A DNA stretch of 63,988 nt, filler included, from Diploschistes diacapsis (taxonomy: Eukaryota): the NCBI GenBank assembly GCA_023645945.1. It is 9 parts of 9 records of this genome, joined end to end, with 100 filler letters (N's around TTAATTAATTAA, not from the genome) between each part and the next. Parts side by side here need not be neighbours in the genome. Positions count along the whole stretch, not along the records: positions 21,724 to 28,836 come from JALAIB010001315.1; positions 28,937 to 36,027 come from JALAIB010001316.1; positions 36,128 to 43,207 come from JALAIB010001317.1; 6 more parts are not named here. One strand, 5' to 3'. Shown piece by piece: positions 28,103 through 41,193 of this stretch; positions within the stretch are counted from its first letter, which is position 1; every line of letters starts with the position of its first letter. The translations under genes and the position numbers were made by a program. Below the pieces are notes generated by a model, which had not been told where the DNA came from, searched no databases, and worked only from the letters and a program-made list of their open reading frames with translations.

Positions 28103-28791
28103 ATGGTAGGTCTCAATGTTGGAAAAGGATGGATGAAGAGAATTTATAGCTGACCAAAATGAATAGGTTTTCTTATTAGGAAGGCACTTTCCTGAAAACC
28201 GCATGGTTCAAGTGAGTCCCACTCTCCTCCAAGCTTCTGCATGCGGGCTGTATACCTACACACAAACAAAGGCCTTCATCGATTCACAGACATGGGGTGT
28301 TCATTGAATGCATACACGATCCTCACCTAAAACACCCCTCCACAACGCTCACTCCATACCTCCTTTCCCACCATACCCATCATCACACCTCTCCTCCATA
28401 TTCATCTCCCCTCCTTTTTCAAACTCCCCTCCAAAAAAAAATTCCAACACCAACTAACTCCTCTTCCCCCGCACCACAGCGCGCCCTCCAATCCTTCTTC
28501 GGCATCGGCCCGCCGACCTCGCAGCGCATAATGGCCAAACACAGCATCCACCTGACCGCGAAGATGGGCTCGCTCGAGAACAAGACGATCCTCGACCTGA
28601 CGGCGGAGCTGACGGACATGACGATCGAGAACGACCTGAAGCGGCAGATCAACGAGAACATATCGCGCCTGCGCGACATGAAGAGCTACCGCGGCATGCG
28701 CCATGCGCTGGGGTATCCCGTCCGGGGCCAGCGCACGCGGACGCAGACGGCGACGGCGGTGAGGTTGAATCGGATTCCGAGACATCGGTAA
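28103..28791 (+). CDS. SWS2: Mitochondrial small-subunit ribosomal protein uS13m (exons 28103-28105, 28167-28211, 28480-28791)
   Basis: Spliced product M|VFLLGRHFPENRMVQ|RALQSFFGIGP...SYRGMRHALGYPVRGQRTRTQ (S13 signature). Divergent from cypB. Confidence 0.92.
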
Positions 28792-28936
28792 GGGGGGAGG
28801 TGGAGGGTCGGTTGGACGGGGAAGAGGGGCGAAGTGNNNNNNNNNNNNNNNNNNNNNNNNNNNNNNNNNNNNNNNNNNNNTTAATTAATTAANNNNNNNN
28901 NNNNNNNNNNNNNNNNNNNNNNNNNNNNNNNNNNNN

Positions 28937-29533
28937 ATTAATAACGTCTAAGGATAGACAGCTTACGTTAATAAAGATTATAAACGAGAACGAGTTTTTA
29001 AGATAAAGCGATATCGACTATCACGACGATCACGCTCTTTTATAGAATCTAAGAACGTATTTGGTTAGGAACGACGCTGAAAGGGATTCAAGAAGAAAGA
29101 AACGTTGATTATGAAAGAATAACGGGTATCTTTTCGAGCAAATGTAGCGAAAGGAAGAGATCGAGATGCAGATTACCTGAAAAGAGCATAACGCTTGTAA
29201 GAGATACAAGTATCTAGAAAGGGGGGTAGTGAGATAGATTAGCCTAGATGCCCGCCAAGCCACGGCAGGGTCACATGACGGGTTTTACCGGGGATAGCCG
29301 CTGCCAGCCGTGTTAAGGATGTTAGGGGGTGGCTGTGTAGGCGGGTTGTGCCGAACCCTAATAAAGCTGGTACCTATACTACTATTTATTTGTGCCACCT
29401 TCTTATTTAGATAGTTTCTTCTCTAACTTTTCGAATCGAAACCTTTTACCTGCAGATGCCAAGTTACACGTAATCCTTCCGGATCAGGCCCAGCCCCCGG
29501 TAGTGTAGCATCCTTTCCTGCGCTGGCGTTTCA
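28937..29533 (+). mobile_element. 3' end of the same Gypsy family: 3' internal region, PPT and LTR at 29334-29533 (TG...CA)
   Basis: Colinear with about 5710-6300. LTR starts TGTGTAGGCG and ends CTGGCGTTTCA, 200 bp as in the first copy. Confidence 0.9.
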
Positions 29534-30023
29534 AATACTTATAATAGCTACTGTTACTACTCTTTGAGCTTATGCCATAGATTTAGGTTATTTCTCTGTG
29601 CGAGAATTCTGTTGTTCCACTTCTGGGTGCATTTGTCCACACCCACTTGGTTTTATAGACTGCGATCACCGCTGCTTACAGTTACATTTCCATGCGGGTG
29701 CTACCTCCCATCGACGCACCCTTACATTTATTTTTGTGAATGGAACTTCGAGCTGGCCATGCACGATCCAGTCCCAAAGGTAAACCAACGGAAAGTGAAT
29801 ATTCGCAAGCAGAACCTCACGATTGGCGGGATTTCCGAGTCTACCCTCTTCTTTTCTTTTCTTGCTGGTGTTTGCTTTAGTTGCTCTTCCTTGATCCACA
29901 TTATCTTCACTTCCAGTCTTCTCCCATGCTGAAAAATTGTTTGCGGTGAAAGAACACCCTTCCCCGTCTTCTTCCTATGAGTGTCTCCCTATACTTCCCT
30001 TCAATATATTCTGGCCATCCAGT

Positions 30024-31343
30024 ATGATTCTAACAAACCACCAACTTGCGACGATAGTCGTGAACGTCGTTTTTCCGCTCGCAGCGGCGGTGGCGGTGCT
30101 TCTTCGCTGCTGGGTCAAGAAAAGCAAAACAGCTAGTATCCATTTTGATGACTATCTCATCATTTTCGGATTGGTAGGTGCTTTCGAGATGGATAGTCAA
30201 CGCTCGCTGCTAATATGATTACAGATTTGTACTTTGGGGAATTGCCTACCGTTGATATACTGTGAGCTCAGCATGGTGGCCAAATATCGATGATGCTTAT
30301 CGCTGACCTCATAGGTGCTGTCGACGGTGGCATGGGAAATCACTTAGCTGATCTTAACGAGGGAGAAATGATAGTGTTCGGTTCAGTAATGGCAACACAA
30401 TTACGCTGTTAAATCCTAGCTGATAGGTGATAGGTAACCTTCTGGACGCAGTTCCCGTATATATTCGCGGTATCCGTCATCAAGCTTGCGCTCCTTGTCT
30501 TCTACCGCAACATATTTGTTACATCGCCCTTCCGCATCGCAACAAAAGTCATGATGACTATCCTTCTGCTCTGGACCATAGCCTTCTTCTTCGCTTCGTT
30601 GTTCCAGGCCTTGCCCATCTCGAGCAACTGGGACCCGAATATCCAGCCGCAATCCGAAATTAACGAACAGGATATGTACAACGCCTTGGCATGCACTGAG
30701 CTCGTGACTGACGTCGTAATTCTGATAATGCCTCTGACAATGATCTGGAGACTGCGTCTGAAAGCCTCGAAGAAATGGGCCTTATCCGGAGTCTTTCTCT
30801 TGGGCTCCCTGTAAGCTTGCCCATATCCCTAATCCCTAGAGCCACACAATAACCGCACAACAGAGCGTGTATAGCAAGCGCTGTGCGCATATACTATTAT
30901 ACCACACTGACGCTGAATGCGAATGTGGATTTTACATGTAGGCACTACTTTTTCAGCTACATTGAGGTAGCTATCCGCTGATTGTCCCAGATGAGGCCTT
31001 CAATGTCTTCCTGTGGACATCCATCGAGCCCTGCCTAGGCATAGTGGCTGCGTGCCTGCCCGTGTTAGGCCCCCTCTTTAGGGAAACCCGTTCGCTGGCG
31101 AGTGTGTTCAATAGCGTCGCTCTTTTCTCGCGGTTACGCAGCCGCAACCGGAGCCACCAAAGCGACATAATCTCAGAGCAGAAGCAGCCACCATTGGTGC
31201 ACGACGGCGTCGATCGCGAAGCCATCATTATGACAACGATCAAAAGCAAGTCCGATATGTTGACACAATGCTCCGAGACCGACTCCGCCGAAGGCATCAC
31301 GGTCAACACGGCGATCTCGCAGACGCAGCACGATAGGCTCTAA
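30024..31343 (+). CDS. PTH11-like integral membrane receptor (fungal rhodopsin domain, no CFEM), multi-exon
   Basis: AVAVLLRCW...FDDYLI, IKLALLVFYRNIF, TDVVILIMPLTMIWRLRLKASKKWALSGVFLLG, WTSIEPCLGIVAACLP. Canonical introns. Confidence 0.9.
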
Positions 31344-32392
31344 ATCAACTAACCGGCGATCAGCATTCTTGTTCCGCTAGGACGGAGAGCGAGCACGTTT
31401 ATCATGGTTCTAGGTGGCCTGAGTAGATTAAGTTGTTATTGGCCGATTCTACTATCATGAGCAATGCCAAGTTTAATACTTTCTATTGCTACCTCTACGT
31501 GCTCGATAGGACGTGACTCGCCTTAAGCCAGAAACAAGTAAGCTTCTAATATAGAGTTGAGAACCACCTTCAAAATGGATGCAACGAGTCAGTCGATTTT
31601 AAGAATTATTTATTTATCCAGTACCTCGGTTAATCAAAACTAAATCTAAGAGCTCGGACAGAGCTTCAAGTACCTTAAACTTATGTATTAATTGATATGA
31701 AAGCGTCCCTAGAGCTTCTGTATAGTTATAAGGTGGTAAGTGAGTGTGGTCTCGTATATATGAATCAGTTTATAGCCCAGACTTAGTTCCCATAGTAATT
31801 AGTATGTATTATTATTTTTGGCTTTGATTCGACAATACACGGCTCGTATCAAAATACCTCGTTATTATTAAAATTTGGATATAATTGATTGTGTTAGCTG
31901 AAGCTGAATTGCCCTAGTATCCTTTCATATATATGCAGCGTTCTTTTTACAAGCAACCCCCGAAATTGAAGATTTTGTTAATACCGAGTGCCCGGCCGCT
32001 GCGCCGAAAGTAGCTAGCCGCTTTTTAGAATTAGGCCAGTTTGCCAAGCCTGGAAGTAAAGAGTATTGGGGGGGTAGTGGCAGCAGTGAGAGTCGAACCC
32101 ACGACCTTCGAAAAGATCCGCCAGCGACCATGCTGCTCTGGTGGACATATATTTATGCCCTCTTGGCAGGGTAATGGCATGGATTGGAGCTTTGAACGTA
32201 TTGAGCCTTTGTCACAAAGAGGATTAAGCTGTAGTCTAAAGCTGGAGGCAGATGCTGATAACACCTCGACTCTATTGCCAGTATCAGTCCGAACGGGTAG
32301 AGAAATGGCAGGTGCCTCAACCAAGCGCTGGCTTGCCTCATGAGCCTGGTTGGACTAGACATCCACTGCAAACTGTTCAACATCTGGAGAAG

Positions 32393-35300
32393 ATGCTGCT
32401 AGTTCACCAAATCGGTAGCGTGAAGGTAGGAGAAGTTGTACGGTGAGACAGATACATAAACGAAGGAACGAAGCACTGATCGGAGCAGATATACGCTCAC
32501 ATATACACCATCGCGTGATCGCATTCTGCCCACGCCAGCGCAGCTCTATGTCAAAGTCAAGAATACCTCCGCAATACCCTTGCGGGCTGCTTACCTTCAC
32601 GGACCATATACTCTTTACGCCTCCTGCCACCCTTCAACTTTTGACCCAAACACGAAGCATGAGAAGTCCGCTATTTTTGGAAGTCCACAATTCGAGCCAA
32701 ACATTAAGGCCGGCGGAAGCTGGAATGCTCAGCTTAGGGTCCCGGAATCGATTAGGGAGACAGTTGCAAGCACGTCCAAGAACACCGATGAGGATTGGGG
32801 GGCTCCATGTGTCACTTGGATCGTAGAAATCTCAGCGCAAGTGTTGTTCTCTTCGACTGCGACCGTACATTACGAGGTTATCATAGGAAGAGACGAGCAG
32901 TCGACCGATTTCGGCTTCGCGGGGCTTATTGGTACACCACAATCCGCGCCTGGTCAATTATCGGACCACCAACAGAGTCGTCGCCATAGAGATCAACGTA
33001 ACGCTCAACCGAAGGGAGTCTATTCAAAAGCTGTCACGGTGACAGTGGACGATACTGCCAGCTTATGGAACAAGCCGGCACTACCCTACTGGGATGATGG
33101 TGATGCAAATGAGGATTCTTCGCCTCAAAATCCTATGCTAGCGGAGACAGATCCACACCTTATCGTGCCCGAGCATGGCCCTGGGGAGGCACATAAGCTT
33201 CATGGACACTCAAAGCGAAATCATAGAAAGCGCAAGAAAATTCATCTTGTTGTGGTTACGCATGGACTACATAGCAATCTAGGCGCTGATATGTTGTATC
33301 TGAAAGAAAGCATCGATGCTGCTGCGAAGAAAGCGCGACTGGATGCTAAAATGCGTAGGGCGATGGAAAATTCCGGTACGGCGGATATTAAAGCAGGCAG
33401 GTCTTCCGGCGGTAAGACCTCAGCCATTGACCCTTCAAATGGTAAAAGGGGTTCTGCTATCGCTACGAAAGACACCCAGGAAGATATAAAAGAGAATAAA
33501 GATGATTCAGATGATGAGCAGGTGGTTGTACGAGGGTTTCCGGGAAATGCTGCAAGAACGGAGCGTGGGATCCAGTATCTAGGCAAGCGGCTTGCGAAGT
33601 ATGTTCTATCAATGACCTACCCTGATCAACCATATATTCCTGTGAAGAAGGCCAGTCCATTAGCAAAAGCGTTTAGCACAAGTAGCTCGGAGTCGTCGAA
33701 CCGTCAACCATCACATGAAGGAAGTACCATCAACAAGAATGCGGTTCTAACGTCTAACCTCGCATACCAGATAACCAGCATCAGTTTTATAGGCCACTCT
33801 CTGGGTGGCCTCACCCAAACTTACGCCATTGCCTACATCCACAAACACTCTCCGGAATTTTTCGACAAGATAAAGCCTATTAATTTCATCGCACTCGCGT
33901 CCCCCTTTCTTGGGCTAAGTAACGAGAATCCACTTTATGTTAAGTTCGCTTTGAATTTTGGTCTCGTAGGCCGCACAGGACAGGATTTGGGGCTCACATG
34001 GCGTCCGCCGACGGTTGTTAGAAGCGGTTGGAGTTCTATGATTGCGGGAATCGGCACAGAAGGCCAACGGCAACGACGACAACTGGACCCTGGATCCAAG
34101 CCTTTATTGAGAGTTATACCAGCGGGTCCTGCACACCACGTTCTACGACTGTTTCGAAACCGCACCGTCTATTCAAACGTCGTGAACGATGGCGTTGTAC
34201 CACTTCGTACGTCGTGTTTGCTTTTTCTCGATTGGCGAGGGCTTGGCAGGGTAGAGAAGGCCCGACGTGAGAACGGCCTGGTAGGAACGGTTGCGAATTG
34301 GGGTTGGTCCGAGATAATGGGGACTAATTTGACAGAGCATCAAAAGTTCAAACTATGGTTTGACAATGACCACTTCTCTAACAGCGAGGCCAGTGGCGAC
34401 GAAGGAGTAGGCACTCCCAAAACACCATCAGGTCAAGGGACTACTGTCCCTCAACCAGCTGAAAACGCTACTCAAGAAGACAATGGAGCAGCTGAGGCAG
34501 AAAGTTCACAAGCGCAGCAATTCCTACGACCACTAGGGAAGCAGCACGAAGAAGAAGCTCTGGACCAGGAACGAGAGCAGGAGTTGGAGGCAAGCCAGCC
34601 GAGCTCACCACTAGCAAACATTCTCAACTTCTTCAAGCCCAATTCCAAAAGCGAGCCGAAAGGGAAGCACATATACAAGAGAGGCCAGACAGTACAGTTA
34701 CAAGAAGAAGATAGACCAGGGTCTAGCAATGCCGAAACAGGTACTTCAAATAATGCCCGTCCTGGTATGGCTCGTGGCGAGTCCGCCCTGGAAGATCCAG
34801 AGAACGTCTTCGCTCCGCCCACGACTTCGATCTTCGAGTCTGCAGGAGACATACTCAACCCGCCAATCCCTTCCACGGAGTATCTAACGGATCCATCAAG
34901 TCGCCCCAGAACGATCTTCCATGATCGAATTTACCACCCCGGTGACATCCCGCCTCCTCCTCCCAAGAAACGCTTTACTTTACGTCGCAACGTCTCGGGC
35001 GAAGGGCCGGAGCCAATACAATCGAGAAGGTCGACCATGAGCATAGAGAGCGGATCAAGTACGATGAGCACAGAAAGTGGAAGCATGAAAGTAGAGGAGA
35101 AAATCGCTCGTGCCTACCACCGTGAACTGTCTTGGCGGAAAGTCTTGGTTCGGCTTGAGCCAGATGCTCACAACAACATTGTCGTGCGACGCATGTTCGC
35201 GAATGCGTACGGGTGGCCAGTTGTTAAGCATCTTGTCGACACCCACTTTGCAGATACCTACACGGCTAAGATGCCAGACGAGCAACAGCCCAATACAGAA

Positions 35301-35834
35301 CGTGCGGTGCCGATGGCTGAGCCGGCCGGTGAGCATGGTGAGGAAGTTAAAGAGAGACCGCAGCCCCGTCGCGCAAGCACGGGCTCTGTCGCTATGGAAG
35401 CGCGCGATGGCGTGTCGGCTCTCAACGCTCCACCATCGAACAAGCGTGGCAGCTTGGCCCGGCCCAGAATCACGCGCCTGGATTCGGCTCAGTGGGATGA
35501 CCGTTTCTTCAGTTCAGGAAGCGACGACGATGATTACGAGTACGAGCCCGAGAGATCGCCCAAGTCGGTAGGTCGCGTGCCGAAAATAGAGAAGTCAAAC
35601 CACTCTCAAGCCGGTGAAGGTTCGGCTCGTGGGCTGGCCACAATAAAGTCAGATCCAGAGACCGGATCAAGCACAGCGACTAAAACTATGGTTGCGCCAG
35701 TTCTGTCAACCTCTCCAACCTCGACATCGCGTTTAGGCTTGCAAAAGCCCCTGGAAGAGCAATTGCATGCTACCACACGACAGAGGAAGGCGGATCAAGA
35801 GGGGGAGAAACCTGGCCAGCAGGAACGGGCATAG
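32393..35834 (+). CDS. DUF676 lipase / putative serine esterase (Rog1-like alpha/beta hydrolase)
   Basis: Exon 1 MLLVHQIGSVKVGEVVR, then YTLTYTP...LRAAYLHGPY, HLVVVTHGLHSNLGADMLY, ISFIGHSLGGL (nucleophile motif), NDGVVPLRTS, DAHNNIVVRR. Confidence 0.9.
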
Positions 35835-36127
35835 ATAGACTTTGGCTCAAATTGCATGGGCAGGCACGGACTAGCATATAGCGCGGACATTGGGTCCAAC
35901 AAATCTATCGTACTATTTTTGTCTCTCATCTATCCCCTACCCATTATACTACAGTGACAATCATAACTTCATTACCCCACCCCCCTCCTAAGCCACCCCC
36001 TTTTCGCCCCTCGCTCACAGCTCATACNNNNNNNNNNNNNNNNNNNNNNNNNNNNNNNNNNNNNNNNNNNNTTAATTAATTAANNNNNNNNNNNNNNNNN
36101 NNNNNNNNNNNNNNNNNNNNNNNNNNN

Positions 36128-36350
36128 AAAATTTAAAATTATTAAATATCGATATAAAATAACTTATTATTAAACGTTTATATATATTAAATATATATAA
36201 ACGCGATCGTAATAATTAGTTATAGAAAATATATAAGAAGAAAAAAATAAATAAATTATAAATAAAACGCGTTGTTTATTTATAATTAAAGAAATTGCTG
36301 TAATTATAATCTATTTTAATTTATTTAGCAAATTATATACAAAAGGAAGT
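36128..36350. repeat. Extremely AT-rich (RIP-like degraded) contig end
   Basis: Almost C/G-free apart from CpG. Similar tracts occur at about 21390-21623 and 42720-42840. Confidence 0.6.
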
Positions 36351-36794
36351 ACTGCTTATTCATCGTGATGTCATGTAAAATATCCCAAAATTTCGGTCAG
36401 AATAACTGCTCCGGCCAAATCACGTCGGGTACGTGAAGGAACTAGGAATGAAAATTTACCGTAGCAGGGGATGCAGTGCTTCTGTAGCGCTTCACATTGT
36501 TTTTCTCTTAGCAGCTGCTGGGAAATTGTTGGACGCGTATGTTGCCTTGCTCTTCTGGTGATTAGTAATGCTCAATACTCAGATCCCTGACCAGATTTGC
36601 TACCCCATAGTTTCATATGAAAAGCTTTACGAAGCGTGATGACTGTTTGGGTTATCCCAAGGGAGGACCTGGAGAGGACTTCGCTCGCTTAATAGAGCGG
36701 AAAGTGCACACGAGCAAGATGTCAATAAAGGTCACCATTATCCTGTGATGTGCCGCTGCCTACAGTGAAGAACGTCGCAGTTTGGTCCCAAATC

Positions 36795-38163
36795 ATGCTG
36801 CCTCAACGCACGCATCATGCTGTTGTTACTACAGCCTTACGAGCACCCCTGGCGGTCATCCTCGTGGAAACAGTTCCGCCAGCTGCGGATGAGGTCTTGG
36901 TGAAGGTCGAGTACGTCGCATCGACACCCCTGAATGTACATCAGGTGATTGTCACTGCAAACCCAGCTGCACTTGGATAAAAAATTCAGAGATCTTAGAA
37001 TGATGGAGCCCTCCTAATTAAGCATCCACAAGTCCCCGGTGGCGATATAGCCGGCACTGTAGTAGAAGTTGGCCCGGTTGTGAAGCATCTACTCGTGGGA
37101 GACAAGGTCCAAACGCTTACACTCGCTACAAACGCAAGGGTTGACAGTTCAGGTCTTTGGCTTGGGCTTTCGGGAACAAAAAGAGAAAGCGTACCAAGAA
37201 CTCGCCACTTTCCCAGAGTACCTGCTAGGCAAGGTACCTGCTAGGCAAGGTGAGCAGCAGCATTCTTGGTTACCAGCGAACCGCCCTTATCGAGATGCAG
37301 GTTCCGGATGGTTTCAAACTGCAGGAGGCAGTTACGCTACCGAGCAATTTTGTAACGGTCTTCCATACCGTCACAAAAGACCTAGGCATTCCACTTCCTT
37401 GGCCTCCGCCACACAACGCCACGCCCGACCATGCACAAAATAACTTCTCAATATGGGGCGGCTCTTCTTCCGTTGGCCTGTTCCCATTGCAAATTCTTCG
37501 CTACTACGGCTCTAGGAACTTGATAGCAGTTGCATCCAAGGCCAACCACGAGCTCTTGCTGTCTCTTGGGAGCACGCCATACATTCGACCATCATGACCA
37601 TTGTGTAGCGGACCAGATTCTCGCAGCAGCAGCAGCAACAGCCACGACGGCGGAACCGACTATTCCATACATCATAGATTTTATTGGGTCAGTAGTGGGA
37701 AGTCTAGGGCATCTGGCCAGCATTGCGTAAAAGGGGGCCAAAGTTGTAGTCCTCTTGCCCGTGATTGATAAAGATTCTTCTGAAACAAGCGCACCGGAAT
37801 ACGCTATGGATCCAAACCCCTATGCTCGGTGGAAGAATGGAGCCGAGGTCAGAGGAGTTAGAACGCATTTCTATTTGGAGGTATTGAACCTTGCTGCTTC
37901 TCTAGATTGACGGGATTAACATGGCACAGAATAGCTACTTCAAGACACACCTTCAACCCATAATAATGCTCAGCCTCCTTGGTCTAAGCGTGGTCAAGCC
38001 AAACCGCCATCGGATAATCGAAGGGAGAACACTATTAGAGAGAGCTCAGAAAACCCTTGATATGCTGCGCCGTAAAGAAGTTAGTGCAGAAAGGCTGGTT
38101 TGGTCCATCCCAGACAAGGGACCTGCATTGAAAGCCCGCTATGAAAATGCTGAAACTGGTTGA
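36795..38163 (+). pseudogene. MDR-superfamily (LovC/YCR102C-like enoyl reductase) pseudogene
   Basis: DEVLVKVEYVASTPLN, AGTVVEVG, IWGGSSSVG, DFIGS, KEVSAERLVW. Frameshift at about 37570 (LGSTP versus LGARHTFD), in-frame TAA at 37728-37730 (SIA*KGAKV) and a 16-bp tandem duplication at a splice donor (37219-37250). Confidence 0.82.
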
Positions 38164-38205
38164 GAAATAAAGAGATCGGAGGCAACAGTGAAAGAAACCA
38201 CACAC

Positions 38206-40702
38206 CTAGATTATCTCGCCCTCGCTATCTATACTCTCTCCTATGCTGTCTACATCCCAATCAATTTGAGACGCTGCTTTCTCAGCAGCTCGCTGAACCT
38301 TTGCACGGTAAGCCTCGGTCTTGAGGGATAAATAAGCAATGTACCTCTGCTAGTCCGCTGACTTCCTCCACGTAGCCTTTTTCGTTGAGCGCTCGCTCCA
38401 CGAAGTCCCAACCGTCTCTATCATATATTTGCAAGATACGATCAGAGCATGCGCTGCATCGATCGTAACTTTTCCCGCGAGTTACGACGTTCTGGAATGT
38501 GGAGAGGAAACCGCGAATCTGGTGCGGCACCACACCGAGTGGGTGATCGCCTGTTTCCATGATCCCAGAAGCGGGTGCTGGTGCCGAAGCCTTTTCTCTG
38601 TGCTGTAAAACAGATATTGTGATTTCCACCAGCAACGCCGAGGCAATCGCAGCAATACCCGGACGTGTTACGGTACACTGCTGGTCAAGAGTACGATCTG
38701 ATAAAGACTGTGAGATTGCGGTTAGCAGATTATGAGGCAAACTATGAAGGGACTGGTACACACATCTGCGGGAGCGACAACGTCATTGCAGAAATAGCAA
38801 CCTAGCTTTTCTTCAGATTCATTCTCGACTTTCACGCCGTGTCTCATTACAACAAACGTATCAAACCCGAGAGCAGCATTCATAACCAACTTGTTCGCGG
38901 AGCGACCCATGAGTGTCGGCAACCATCGGGACTCCCTTGTATCCATCAGCAGGAAGATAATGTCATGCTCTTCAATTAGATCTCTCAGTCTTTGATAGTC
39001 GGCTTTTACCTTGACAGGGTCCAGGATCGCATGGCCGGCCATGGGGACGCAGATGTCGTGTCCAGCGGAGTTGACCCCTGGATAGATCTCTTTAAGTGCA
39101 GCTGCTGCCCTGTGCGCCTTCTTGGCGCCTCCATCCAAACAATCGCGAAAGTTAAACAAGGGTTGTCGAACGGGGTTTGAAAACGATACTGAGCCGTTAT
39201 CGACAAAGGTTAGCTTGCGCACACCCCATCCCTGACCATGTAAGATCTTTGTTTGTCACTTGAGCTTTATACGACCCCAGGACTCACCATCAGATTTCTC
39301 GCCACGTAACTTCCAAGCGTACCGGCCCCGAGGAGTAGACAAGCGTTGTTTTTGATCGTATCGAGATCAAGATTCGGGGCTATGCGCCATTTGATAAGCT
39401 TCAGGTTCAGGTCCACAGCCTGATCTGCTAGTCTAAAGTATTTTAATGGGGGTAATACTCGCACATGTGAAAGTTGCGGGACGCTACCTTTGTGGATCCA
39501 TATATTCACCTAAATTCGCTACCTTACTAGCGAACTTTCCTGCATGATTCCGCTCCCAGCCGGTAATTTTGGGCATGGCGGAACTGTCTGAGGTGCAGGA
39601 CACTGGATTCTGGGCCTCTGTAAACTCACCATTGCTCGAGATTTTAAGTATGAAACTTCTAGCCTCATGCCTTCGAGACTGCAAATCCCTATAACAAAGT
39701 ATCTGTGCCCTATTGAGCTTCCATCTGTGGTGCATCAGGACTAACAAGTTTCTGAGTATCCACGCAGGGTAGATCGGATGCGATGATGGATCTGCAAAGC
39801 AGATGAATTGATCATCCACCGGTACTGCTTCGAAGAAGCCCTTCTCATAGTGCTCAATAGCAGCAACCACCCATTGAAAGCCTAGGATGGCTGCGGGGTA
39901 TGTAGACGTGTAGGAGCTTGACTCGTCCACATCATCAGGAGTTTCTAACGCACCGAGATGGCCCCGGACCCTTTTCGCGAGGAAGAAGCCGTGTTGACGA
40001 GCGTCCACGGAATACCTCCATGTCTGCACTTTGTCGACAAGTAATGCAGTCTCATCCCCTGATAGCTGTTGCCTGCTGCTGATACGCTTGCCACTAAGCT
40101 CTTCGCCATCATTTGCTGCATGATCCGCATCACTGATCTGCCAGGCATGCTCGATATGAACAGCAGGGAAGCCAAAAAGATACGTAAACTTATATTTCTT
40201 CAAATCTGCAAAACAAATTATACAGAACGACACTAGTAGAGCAGGACATGAATAGATTGATCCATCCTTGATCGCTTCCCAGACCTAGCAGTTTTTAGTC
40301 TCAGCTTGCAAACATTCAACGAAGTGATTGATGAAGCACCGTTCTTCCGGCCTGGTTCAGGAACTTGGCCTTGTCAAGGACTCTGTACTCCTCGATGGTG
40401 TTGCAGTTTTTTATCATGCCCTCAGCGCGATAGTATGCATTTGGAACACTGATATGTGAGTTTTATTTTTTACGTGCCATTGGTAGCTCATGTTGGACTC
40501 ACTCGTCTGAAGTCAACGCATTGCCATGCACCTCCAATCGACAGGAGTTTGTAGGATCCTCGTTTGCTCTTATTTCATACAAGCCCAGGACTCGGCGAGC
40601 AGAATCATCCAGCTTATCGTGATTTATTTTTAAAGACGCCAAGGACGTGTAGAATGGTAACTCTACGTCAGAAGAGAAGGCTGCAAAACGAAGTGGAGCC
40701 AT
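38206..40702 (-). CDS. ATG7: E1-like autophagy enzyme Atg7, multi-exon
   Basis: [96 protein letters not shown] (catalytic Cys), PHQIRGFL. Confidence 0.97.
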
Positions 40703-41193
40703 CAGATGTCGTGAGTGAAGTGGGTAGGACAGCAAAGATCATCCAGACGACGACCTTTAAGAACCTTTCAACCAGGAATCTAAAAAGCTGCATCTGATGC
40801 AGAATAAAAGCCTCCTCTTGGCCACTCGTGATGTAGAGAGGTAGTGCGTGCGGCTTTTTGCGGCGGCACGTGCTCACCTCTTCAACCACCCCCGTCCCAT
40901 GGCCACAGGCAGACCCCCTCGTATAACTTGCCTAGTCACATGATCTCAAGGCGTCTGGATATATATAAAGTTGACATAGTACCGGCTTGTTGCCCCGGGT
41001 GCGGGCGCACGCTGATACTGGCCCCCCAAGTATATGTCTAGATACCTACTGTCTCTGCCACCGTTGCGCGTACTGGATGCTAGTCAAGTAAGTCAAGTCT
41101 CATAATGGCCACTTGATATGTCTTCTTATAGTTGCAATATTACCGATCTGGTTAAAGGTGTGCTTATAATAGTGCATTCCCTTGTTGAAACAA

